A DNA stretch of 64,000 nucleotides from Tubulanus polymorphus (Eukaryota; Animalia; Nemertea): NCBI RefSeq assembly GCF_964204645.1, contig NC_134026.1, forward strand, positions 4,487,950 through 4,551,949. The letters run 5' to 3'. This document shows positions 49,201 through 61,352 of this stretch, in pieces (position 1 is the first letter of the stretch; each line of letters begins with the position of its first letter). The translations under genes were made by a program, and so were the position numbers. The notes under the pieces are model-generated. The model did no database searches. It was not told where the DNA came from and was given only the letters and a program-made list of their open reading frames with translations.

Positions 49201-52200
49201 AAAAATAGCACGATGTAGATTCTATTTGAAATCAAAACCAGGCAAAAGTATGTATTTGGTTTTAATTCTATTACGATTTCTTTATTCAGGTAGTGAATTG
49301 GTTAGATGACTTCTTCATCGTGTCAAGGTATGTGGCACTTTCAGCATCGTGTACGTCATTACGAGATATCATGCACAGCGTATGCGAACAACTCTCCGTT
49401 ATTCTCGGAAGAACATCTGAAAAAGTGCCGAAACCCTTCAAACTGCTACAAGAATATTTCTACGATCTTCTCAACTCGATACCGAAAGAGAAAACGTTGC
49501 TGTTGTTCCTAGACGGCATTGAACGTCTGTCGCCGAACGTCTGTGCTCACGAGATGACCTGGCTTCCGGAGACACTGAAGACTAACGTTAAGGTTATTAT
49601 CACTACGGATCCGAAACGAAACGGAATACTCGAAAACCTTCGTCTTCGATATAAAAACGAATCGAATTACATCGAAATCCGGCCACTTTCTGCGGAGGAA
49701 TGTCTGCAAGTCGTAGATCTTTGGCTTGAAACCGAAGGTAGAAAGCTTACTGACGTACAAAGGGAAGTAGTGTGGCTTCTGTTTCGAAAATGCTCCACTC
49801 CTTCTTATATGAAACTTGTTCTTGCTATGGTTAAGGACTGGCAGTCTTCATACGTCCCCAAAAATGAGATGTTACCGTGCGATCCAACTGACTGGGTTAA
49901 TGAAACGCTTGATAATTTAGAAAACGAATTAGGTCGAGCAGTGGTATCCCGCTGTATCGCTTATCTCACTGCTTCAAACACGGGAATTAGCGACTCTGAA
50001 CTTTTAGACCTTCTGTCTCTTGATGATGATGTTCTGTCTGAAATTTTCCATGTTTGGCATCCTCCGGTGAGGAGAATGCCCATTCTTCCTTGGTTGAAAA
50101 TCAAAACTGCCCTCTCTCCGGTGCTCACTGAAAAGAACGTCGAGGGGGTGACGGTAACTTGTTGGGCAAACGACATGTATAGGTATGTGGTCACCGTACG
50201 TTACATGTACCAATCAGAATTCAAACAGGAAATACATAGAAATATGGCTGACTACTTTTTGGGGATATGGAACAATAGGAAGAAGCCATTTCTCTTGCCA
50301 GAATCTCTGATCGAAAACCAGAAATTGCCATTCTGTGCGGCAGAGGCCGATCGGTTAGTACCATCCCAACCGTTGGTATTCGGTGACGAATCAAATACGA
50401 TGTTCAACAGACGAAAATTTGACCAAGTTCCTCAGCACCTTTATCTATGTGGTAAAATGGATGAGTTGAATAGGTTGGTTTTGTTTAATTACGAATGGCT
50501 GTACAACAAGACGAAAGCGCTATCGGTGCATCACACGATCTTCGACTTGAATTTGAATCCTTGCGTCGAAGCGACACTCGTCGAGGAGGCTCTAAAGGCT
50601 GCTATTCCCGTCATTGAAGAGAACGTCAACAATATGGCGACCGAACTTTCTGGACGTCTTCTAAGTTATTACAGCACTCATGAAAACATCAGGGAACTCA
50701 TAAAGCAATGTGATAAGACTGGCCTACAGCAAAGTGCTATGATACCTACTTATTCCTACCACCAGAAACCCGGAGGAGCTTTACAAAGGACGCTGAATGC
50801 TGGACAAGAGGTACACTTCTTGGCTCTGACGTCTAATGACCAACTTTTGATGACCAAGAATAGGGAGGACAGCGTCGTAAAGATTTTCGATCTGGCTACT
50901 GGCGAACACCAGTCAACAGTTGATGTCTCAGTGGGTGATATGCACGTTACACCAAACGGAAAATATTTCGTGCTCGTTGACCACATAACAAAAATGGTCG
51001 TCAAAGTGCACGATGCTAAGACTGGCGATTTCATCGGACAGCTTATACCAGCGAATCATATCTCTTTAAAACCACGGGAGAAGTTTACGATGTCGAGAGT
51101 CTGTGTGTCTGATGACTTCGTTTGTGTACTGGTATCTTCCGATATCAGTTATCTGTGCATAGCAGAAGTTTCAACGTGTAACTTTTTACAGATTCTCGGA
51201 TTGGATGGTCGAGCGACTGTGTGCGAGATTTCGCCCGATTCTTCGCTGGTTATGGTGAACGCATCGACTAGCATACTGGCGTACAACCTACGAATTTTGC
51301 AACACGTGGGAACTGCGGTCTACGACTCGAAGCCTGTCGCAATTGCATACACGCCCGATGGGAACAAAGCGTTCTGGCTGGATGGCAATGTGAATAAGAT
51401 CACGGCCATGTTGATGAGGAATGGAGTTACTGATGTCTCATATCGTGTAGTGATGGAACATGCTGTCACAATGGATACGGTTACACATATTGCCATATCA
51501 GGTGATAACAAATACGTTCTCGTCCGAGGAAAAAGTACCATATTGGTTTATGATATCGCCGATGAAAGTATCCAAACTCGCTGTTACAGGCCTTTCGATA
51601 TCCCGAAAGAATTTCGTTTGCCGCGTTCAACGACCGTGGAACTGGTCTTCACGGGAGCTGCCTTTTCCCGAAGTAATAAACAGGTCATAGGCACGATATT
51701 CAGGAATATCTACGTATGGAACATCGAAGATAGTACGTTGTTGAAGACACTCCAAGCTCCTGTCGGTGTCATTACCACACTCCTGGTAGCAAAGCGACAT
51801 GGACAGATCATTACCCATCAACAAGGCTCCGAAAATATCCATGTGTGGAACATAGAAGATACGATCGGCAACGGGACAACGACATTAGATAAGATGACAC
51901 ATCCAATCGTTGACATGCAACTAACGACAGATGACCGACTATGCGTGGTGAAATGTAAAAACAGCGATGAGATTGGAATAATTGATATCGCTACTGGCGC
52001 GTTAACTGACTTGCTGACGCATGTTGGGCCTGTGATAGACTTCACCGTAACCCCGGACGGCCAATATGTTTTTGTATCCATTAAAGCCACCAAAGCGTGT
52101 CATTGCAATAAAATCTGGAGCGTGGTTGATCGATCAGTGATCTATGAATTCGGCAGCATTCCAGCATTTGCCGTATCCAATAGAACGAGTAACGCGTTCT

Positions 52201-53252
52201 ACATCTTCCATCAAGGAGACAGCGCAGGCGGTTCTTATCACATACGGAAATTTAGCCTGGATCTCGACCGCGTGCGCGAAAGTAATTTTACAAATTCTGT
52301 CGTGAACTTGTTATGCAACTCATTCGTCACTGCCGATGATAACTATCTTATCGCCTTATCTGCTGAGCAATTCGATGGAACGAAAGCTAGATACGTAAAC
52401 CCAACGATAAACATATACGAAATCAGTGATTCTGATGAACAAGTGGCCAAACTCGAGGAAAGTAATATTTCATCGGAGGTGCTTGCGTCTTTACTGGTGA
52501 ATTTCCAGAGGATTTTGCACGTGCGCCCGACTAATTTCGCGTATATCATTCTGATCATATACGTCAGCTATCCGGAAGATGATGCCATCGTCCGCGAGGA
52601 CAGTGTACAACGTGGTCTCGTGCTGTTTGATGTCAACTCGAAAATGGTGAATCACGTCTGCGAAAACTTTTTCGGACCGACGGTTCCCATCGATCACCGT
52701 TTGCTGTTTAGCCCCGATCTGACATACTGCATCGATTTCCAGTCGAATATTTTTGACGTTAGCTCGGGTTACTTCTTGCGACAGTTGAACGAGGATTCCG
52801 CGCAACCCTGGGCTTTGGCCGTTGGTGGTAAAGTAGTGGTATTTGTAGACGGTGCCGAGTTGTACGCTCTTCGACTAGAGGACGGTAAAGAAATAGTGCG
52901 CTGTAACGTTCAGTCGAATATCAACAGCATCAAGGTCGGATCAGACGAGAGAACGGTCGTTATCGGCTGCGCGGACGGTCGCGTCCAATCCTACATGGTG
53001 ATCGACGAAATGTACGAGAACCGTTCACAGCTCATCCGTTCGATTCCAACCCGATCGCCATCATCGGAACTGAAACGCACCAAGTCTTGGGACAAAATCG
53101 ACGACCTAACACGATGCGATACTCCCAGCATGAGAAGTGGGAAGACGGATAAGGAACTACTCGACGAAATTACTCCCATTCCCAGATTTCGGCCTCAGTC
53201 TGACACGTATCTTTATCTGAATCCAAAGTCTCAATCTTGTTTGATAATGTAG
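46226..53252 (+). CDS. NACHT and WD40 repeat protein (NWD1/NWD2-like; DUF4062-NACHT-WD40), 7 exons (46226-46340, 46649-46737, 46908-47024, 47431-47646, 48011-48155, 48461-49053, 49290-53252), ~1745 aa
   Basis: SKVIRVYLCSS.D..EERN.L...VYPKLREY....YGLEFQVVDLHWGV (NWD N-terminus); P-loop region PLVLYGDVGVGTTS; Walker B LLLFLDG; ELLDLLSLDDDVL and PPVRRMP motifs; WD-like C-terminal repeats; exon phases consistent (5238 nt). Confidence 0.92.
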
Positions 53253-54399
53253 TGCTACGTGAATTTGCATAAAATATTGTATTAATTCGCTTAACATGTA
53301 CGTAGGCAGACCGAAACATCTTATATAGAAATTATGTTTTCCGAAAGCTGAACACCGCTTTTAATGTTTCAGATGTGCCAAATGAAACCAACCGCTTAGA
53401 ATTGCCACTATATATATATATAGCCATAAAATGTTTAGTACATGTATTTATACTTTTTTTTCTTAATTTTAATTTATGAAACACGAATTTTTGTTACTGT
53501 TGTTATCTACGTATACGATGTGATAATGTGGTAATAAAACATTTATTGAATTTGAATAGTTCTTCTGGTACAATCGGATAAAGCCGGACTCCTGGACGAT
53601 AACGCTATTACGTTAGTCACGTTGAAAGCCACGCGCCTTTGGAATTGGATTACTCATTATAGTGCGCGACGAAGTGCATAGTGATGACGAAGTTGTACGA
53701 AAGCAATTAACTCTGGATTACCTTTATCATCATAGGTTTTAAAAAAGAATAAGTTTCCAAAATATGCGGTCCCAGGTTTCATATCATCACATTCAAAAAC
53801 CCCAAGAATAGCCGGCAAAATCGACATTACATTTTTTTAAGAATAATGACTAAATTAGGTTTTTCTAGCTGCTGAGCTGATTGATATTCAATCAAAACCT
53901 TTGTTACAAAAAAAAAAAACGTGGCAACGATGGGGACATTGAGACCGCCACAATATGGTATACCTAGAAACTGGAAACTTCTTTATTCGACTTCATTATT
54001 CTAAGATATATTATTACGTACAGGAACATGAAAATGAAAAGGAACATGTTTTTCAAGAGCTGTTCCTCGATAGGGGAAGCTTTTTAAGTCACGTCATAGC
54101 TGTAGTACAAATCACGTTCCTCAAGCGCTTCACGAGCTTCAACCAGTGAAAGTCTATATGTACGCTTCGCAAAGTGTGGAGTGATCACATGTTTAATCAA
54201 TGCACAACATGCTTTTTAAAGCTACTTTAAATATATTATTATATATATTCGCATAACAAAAATATGTTTAGCTATGTACATTACAATTTCATATTTACAT
54301 TATGGGATTGTTGACCACATTGACATCTTAAGTAGAATTAAGATTTAGAAAGAATTTTAGAGCATTTGATTACAAAATGATTAAGCCCCAAGCGAAAAG

Positions 54400-55311
54400 C
54401 TACACAAATGTCTCTCGTGCGGGTGCACCCGACAATGACATGAATTTGGCAATGCCGCCATTGCGCTGTTCTGCATCACCAGCTTTCGTCGTCGAAATGT
54501 ACGTTTTACAGCATTTTTCTTGCGTATTTGGGAGAACTGTCCGTTCGTTTTGATTTGGTGACTTCACTGTGGTTTTAGGAAGTTTTCTGACGCGAATAGC
54601 CGTCCAGCCACAGAGAAAGTACCCAAGAGCACCTCCGAGCACCATCGTGATCCATATCCAAATGTGGCCTTTCATAATGAGGAGCATCAAAAGATAGGAC
54701 ATCGTCATTTGAACACATTGGAGAAATGCTTTGAAGCAATGCAAGCCTATCAGATATAGCCTACAAAATATGCGTTGAGATTATCACAAAAAGAGCTGGT
54801 TCTGTCTTTGTATAATGATCGTAAAGGCTTTTGAACAATACTGTCTTTATGCAACAATTCTTACAATTCATAGTTTCACGTATTTAGTAAAAACGCATAT
54901 ATGAGGTCGAGTACTTTTGAGCACACAATATTTGCAGTAGTGTATATACTTGCCTAGTTTCTGTGTGTCGAGGGCTTAGGGCGTAAATCTTCGTCCATTT
55001 CACTACCTCTAATCCCACTGCGAGCGAAACAGTTAGGAATAGAACTAGGGTTAGGTCTTTATAATAGAAAATATTAGATATATGATATATTATATTAGAA
55101 CGACGAATAGAGAAAAGAATGAGCACTTATAGACATTTTTCTATACCTATTACATCGAGTACTTTCCACGTTTCAAATAAAGACACGAAGTTGAGATCAA
55201 AATTGAAAATATGCTGAAATTAATCGATAAAATGAGTTATTGATCACAAATATAAATATTCTGCAAATTTGTCATATTACTTACATGGCCACCTGTCTCA
55301 TCAGCCTTCAT
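54400..55311 (-). CDS. Ctr/SLC31-family copper transporter, 4 exons (55311-55285, 55213-55147, 55056-54954, 54760-54400), 185 aa
   Basis: SLFETWKV pre-TM1 block, TM2 SYLLMLLIM (MxxxM), TM3 GGALGYF (GxxxG). The frame needs a GC donor (AG/GCAAGT) after exon 3. Confidence 0.85.
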
Positions 55312-56174
55312 CGCCTTTAGTTATCAGTTTCATTTCGCCTCCATTTCATTGATGTGAAGCATTCAATCGCTGCAAAATAATACAAACCGTGAACATAAAC
55401 TTCGCCTTATACGCGAAAAGTATTTAGGCTAAGAGGCGGCCGGATCGCGTCGTTGCAGGTTATGGGTAGAACAAGACATGCCTAATTTTATGAAAATGCG
55501 TGATTCTTGTTTGAACGAGGAATGTACGTGAATATTAGATTTCACGGTTCGCCTACATTATCCATAAAACTTTTTCTCAGAGCCAAAATCAGGTTTTTAT
55601 AATGAAAGACCACTTTTGATCCGAAAAATATTTTCACATTCTCGTCACTTGGATTGTTTTCAATAATGCCCAATTAACCAAATTAGCTCCACGATCGTTC
55701 AATGAAATTCAACTGAACATGAAGTATATACATTATTTTGATTATGACGTCGACAGTGGTGATAATATTTCAACGTGTTAATTACCCCACTTGAGACTTA
55801 ACATTTAAATGAATTTAAGAAGCGAACGATAGAATATTGTCTCAAGGGTTACTATGGAGGTAAGTCCACCGAAATTCTGTGTGATTTTGGGATATATCAA
55901 TGGAATATGGTGGGTAATTGGACGGGCCATGTTGAAAATATTTAAAAACGATCAAAAATATTTACATTCAAAACTGTTTCTTTTCTCGCGCTAGAATTCA
56001 AAACGTTTGGGATTCTTGTTTTCACGCGCGAGAAAACAAAAATTGGCCAATGTGAAAATCTTTTATCGTGCATCTAGCCGGACAGAAATTTCTATCAGAA
56101 TAATGTCCGAGTCAGCCACCATGATGGAATGACGTCATCGAGATAATTTTTTTTCCATCTTCGGACACTTTGCG

Positions 56175-58256
56175 ATGTGGAACGAAGCTGCCAGATTTTC
56201 CCTTTTTGAAGATAATATTCGTTTTCAGGTGGTTTTATCGGTAGTTTGGAAGGCTTCAGCCGCTGTCCTATGTACAGCTGCACTTCTCGCAGTAATCGGA
56301 TACTTCCTGATCGGGAAAGTTATGCACAACTCACGCAGTAGAACATCTACGGGTAAGTGCTGCAGGGTCCGCGTGAGCCCAAAGCTCCTTTTTAATCGGC
56401 ATTATTTGCTTAGCCATTGAATAATCATATTTCAAGGGGTTTTCTTTTACTGATTCGTTTCATTGAAACTCTTTTTAGGGATGGTGCTCGGAAATCTACT
56501 AGTAGTGGATATTTCGATAGCAGTTATAACGATACCGCTAATCGCTACACTTCTGGCGGTGCCAAGTCTGGCCCAGACTCAAGCCTTGTTCCGGACAACG
56601 ACGTTACTCAATTCGGTGTTATTCCAAGTTCACGACTTCACGATTCTTACGACTGCCATTGATCGGTAAGTATATTGAACATTCCGTTGTAAAGACATTT
56701 TTACGTTCATAGTTTTCGGATTTCAAGCTTATTTTGTCGATTTATTCTAGATTTTTAGCTGTATACAACTTGGAATGGTATTACCAAAACATTAGCCAGC
56801 GAGCGGTTGTTATCGTCCAAGCGGCGGGTTGGATTTTTACAGGTAAATTTGAAGAAGTCTATGTATATTTTCTTTACGCGTCACATCTGTAATCTGTTTA
56901 TTTGTAAATCATCTAGACCTCATTTTTCAATTTTCAGTTTTATTCATGGGATTTTCTGGCGCCTTGCACTATCGAGGATCTTCCTCGAACTATACTTCGG
57001 TTCCTTTCCCGACTCAGATCGTTTGCAGCAAATTTGATGAGTTTGTCTCGTCAGTACATCTGTGGCGGTACGACATCACCACGGAATACTTCTTCGGCAT
57101 CGCCATATCAGTTACTGCATTTGTGATTGCGTGCGTTTGCGCTCGAATGCTAGTGTCTGTAAATAAAGAGTACAGCGCCGAAAACGAAAATCTAGAGAGC
57201 GGGGCGGCAAGAAAAAGCAGCATTTCCAGACCACCACTCAATGATATGGCATACAGACGCCGGTCAACGATGTTCATCCCAGGTTACAGCACTCAAGTTG
57301 TCACCAGTGAAATCCGCAGTACGGCGACTCTTTCCCGCGTTGTGCTCTTCAATACTATTTCATATTTCATTTATTTCGCTATAAAATGCTATTCACAGTC
57401 GACGAATTGTACGGAGCCCTATTCCCAACTCGTTTGCATTTTGATTCGAGTTATTTGTCTAATGCTCCATCCTTTATTTCTGATTTTCAATAGTAGACTT
57501 CGCACTTCGATCAGCATCCTTATTCACAGTTGGCGTAATAGTTATTCGGTGTATGGCTCCAAGAAAGGCCCAGTGACGGCCAGAGAAGTACAGAATCGTG
57601 CCCCAAGAGTAGGCCAAGATGCTCAATCCGATAAGTACGAAATGCCATCATTTCTTGTGGAAAATCCTTCCCAGAATAAACTAACAATCGAAGTTATCAT
57701 GAATTCGGACGAGGGTGGTGCTCACCCGACCGAACCTACGCCGCATCGATCCGAAATAGAAAGAAGTCTGTCGAACGTATCGGTGATTTCCTGTGAGATT
57801 TCGGTGAAAAATGCGTCTAAATCCAATTCTGAGAACGGGTCCGGTCAAAAAGATTCGGAAATCGTGCATTTCTTACATCGGAGTCGCGCTAGTGTCGATT
57901 CGATGTTTGTATCGGTCGACTCGCCGTCGGAATGCACGAGTTCCTGGTCGATTTCGGCTGAAATCTCTCCGGGTCGCCCTCGGGCACCAAGAATGAGCGC
58001 GTCGAGCGTCAAAGAACGCTTCCTTCGTCCCGACTCCATACAAGAAATGGGTAGCACATTGGCACGTTCGACGTTACCGGTTATCAATAAACCGGTGAAA
58101 ACACCGCAGTCGCGTCGACGACCTTTCTCTTTCGATTGTGGCCATCTCCCTCAAACCGGGAGGTCCACTTTACCCCCGATTGAAACAATTACCGGAAGTA
58201 TCGGTGGACTCCCTAAAGGGATCGAGGAATGCAGGCATTTTGCTTGGCCCGAATGA
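56175..58256 (+). CDS. Divergent class A GPCR with long Ser-rich C-tail, 4 exons (56175-56352, 56479-56665, 56751-56842, 56938-58256)
   Basis: TM2 NLLVVD, spliced AIDRFLAV, TM4 Trp, ECL2 Cys (QIVC), TM7 HPLFL in place of NPxxY; exon phases consistent. Confidence 0.75.
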
Positions 58257-59388
58257 ATGTACGTATTTAGTAACCACCCATATCTTAAGGGTCTATATAT
58301 GACCAATCGTGTAGATCAATGCATTCGCTGTCTCTGTAAGACTCTTTAAGTGCGTGATAATCGAGATGTTTTAAGTTGTAAAAATTGGGTTTTGTAAGAA
58401 TTTCCATAAAGACACGTTCATTCGGTGTAGGTTCACATGAAACCACCTACCCCCCCCCCCCCTCAAACAAAATGAAATAAAATATATCCCTATTCCACGT
58501 ATCCCTAAATATATATATATTTTTCATTGAATGACACAGGCCTTTTTACCTTTTAAACGGAATCTTCTATTTTTAAAATCAAACTCCTCACAATCAACGA
58601 TCGTTCCATCGGTTCTCTTCCGCTGTATTTAGGCCTCATGTGTGTATCTTATGCAGATTACATGTATATATAAGCTTATATAGATCTATATATATTGTAA
58701 CAGATGTTTTGGTAATAAATGTTGTCCTGTCAAGATATGTTTTTCCTGGCTTATTGTCACTGATTCATCAATTTCATCAATTGTGAACATCAAGAAGCGA
58801 TCATTAATCTAAAAAAAGATACCCAGCATATGCATAGTTTATTGCTCTTTAAAATTCCAAAGGTCGTGTGTTTATCAAATTATCACCGTATACAATTCAG
58901 ACAAATAATGTGTTCGAAAAAATTCTATTCCACGTTTATTAAGTTGAAACAGCGAAAAAAGAGAAAAGCGAACGTTACCTTTCTTGACTTACAGTTCAGA
59001 ATGACGTTGCCAGGAGATAGACACTGGGCCAGTGATTACACGTAACTTATGCATAGATCGAGTCTCTGACTACTCGCTGCCAAACATCTTTATCAGTTTG
59101 AAATGGAATTTGTCCTTTAAGTAAACCTAACTGATTACAGTACATCGATATGTTTTCATGATAGACCAAGCGACAATCGAACTCAATGTACGTGTACGCG
59201 GTTTGTTGGTTCATTGTACGGTGGGCCCAAAGATTGATTATAGCCGTTATCGGTGTATTAGTAGATGTTTGTATAATGTACTTAATAAAAAGGTTATGAT
59301 AAGGTTATTTTTCATCGTAAACAAAATGCAAGATATGGATTTTAAATGATCAAGAAATGTATTTGAATGAAATTTTTCTCAACTGATA

Positions 59389-59732
59389 TAATTCGTAGAT
59401 TTAGCAGATGCTTACTTCTCGCAGGGTTTTCAATTTCTTATTTGGGCCTATGTCTATTGTTGATACCGGGACTTCTTTTCTCAACTGAGTTACAGTGGAA
59501 CCTCGTTATAACGAACTCGGATACAACGATTCGTCGGATATAACAAATATAGAATTTCGTCCCAAGTAAGAAATTAATTAATTTCATACCATGGATATAA
59601 CGAACTATCGGTTATAACGAACAGATTTTCTGGTTACGGTCGTGTGAAGTCCGCTGTAATTCGTAGATTTAGCAAATGTTAACTTTTCGCGGGGTTTTAG
59701 ATTTCTCATTTGGGCATATTTCTATTGTTGGT
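59389..59732. repeat. ~75-bp direct repeats (59389-59465, 59657-59732) with a pogo-like MITE fragment (~59492-59657) between them
   Basis: taattcgtagatttagca...ctattgttg occurs twice; ta-CAGTGGAACCTCGTTATAACGA start. Confidence 0.6.
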
Positions 59733-61352
59733 AATACGTCTTTTCAATACGTTGGAAATGTAAAGCCGGTTTATTACAGTTAAGTTCAGCCTGCTACTTG
59801 GACCTTGGAGTAATCATTCGTCAAATGATTACTCCAAGCTTGGACCAAGAGGTAACGCGAAAACACCCAACGATTTTCTTCACCAACGACCCGACTAAAA
59901 GTACGAAACCAGTTATAAACTCGCAGAAAACCAAGCAACGAAACATTTGAAAATGGATGATTGAAATGATTTTATTAGTCAGTAATAGAATATACCAAAA
60001 AGTAGTTGATCGCATACTCTCACAACCGAAGAAGTGACCTTAAAGATGTAAACAACAAGCATTTGTGAACTCAAATGTGTGTGTGGTGTGTTTAATAGAC
60101 ATCATAAGTAAAATTGTTCTAACCTTCCAATGACCAAACCCTTACATCTACTTACAACAGAATTCACGAAATATACAAACAAATCTGAAATGAAAGCACC
60201 TCAACATATTCTATTTTCAAATAGGGGAAATTATTGGAAACCTATAAACTAGGAGCACATGCATGATATAAATACAGGAATTAAACAGTTTCGTGTTCCG
60301 CACATTCAAGCAACCAGAGACATTTTATAAGCACACGGTGAAAAATTGATTAACTACATAATCATTGGCAGTGATTTCTGGTTCATGTCGTTGAACATAA
60401 ATACGTGTAAAGAAATGTGTAGAAAACGTATTTCGAATTAGAAGAAAAAATGTGTTCGCTTGAAGAACCCCCATTACCTTTACACAACATTCACAATCAA
60501 TATTGACAGTGGTCTAAATTCCATTCAGGACAACTATCGGGTTTCAGTCACGATTTAGATCCTTAAGACCAGTCCTACTCCTAATAATCCTACGACCGAT
60601 CGAACCAATAATGAGTTAACTTAAATCATGACTTCGCTAAAATACACGATTTTCTAGATTGTCTTTTCTATATTTGTTACTTCAATAAGTAAGGGATCAT
60701 TGGAAATTTTAACACTCTCTTCAACGACTGTCGACTCTACCGTCCTCTGCAATTATCTCAGATATAATTGTTCTCATATTAGATATGACCAAAAATACAT
60801 TTAGAGGAGAAGATTTGCGAATTGGTTGCGACAAATGAAACGAATTTATATGGTGAATGAGAAAAACGGTGAACAGAACTGGTACCGAGTAGGACAGAAC
60901 TGCCAGAATGAAAGCGATTCATTTACAGGACCCAGATACATTTAGGGTTTCTGGGTTAAAATGTTGCTGTAATAGACTGCATCCTTGGTACAAATTTGTG
61001 GACGAATTCGAAATAATAGCACAAAATAGTTATCCATCATCAACTCAAACAGCACAACATTCATAATAATGGTGACAATAATAATAATAATAATAATAAT
61101 AATAATTATGATAATAAATACAACTAAACAAGTTTGTGTTTCAATCAACATTGCTTTCAATAAATTTCCATCAAAACTGAGGCCGCTTTGAACTGGGGGT
61201 TCGATGATACGAACAACGATTAATAAACCCAGTTCAAAATGGCAGCAGGTTCATGAATTCTCAATGCAGCACGATTCCTGTAGTTGTTGTAAAGGTCCAC
61301 GAAATGTATCTCAGTAAATTTGGATGGAATGTCACCTAAACGGTCTTTCGTG

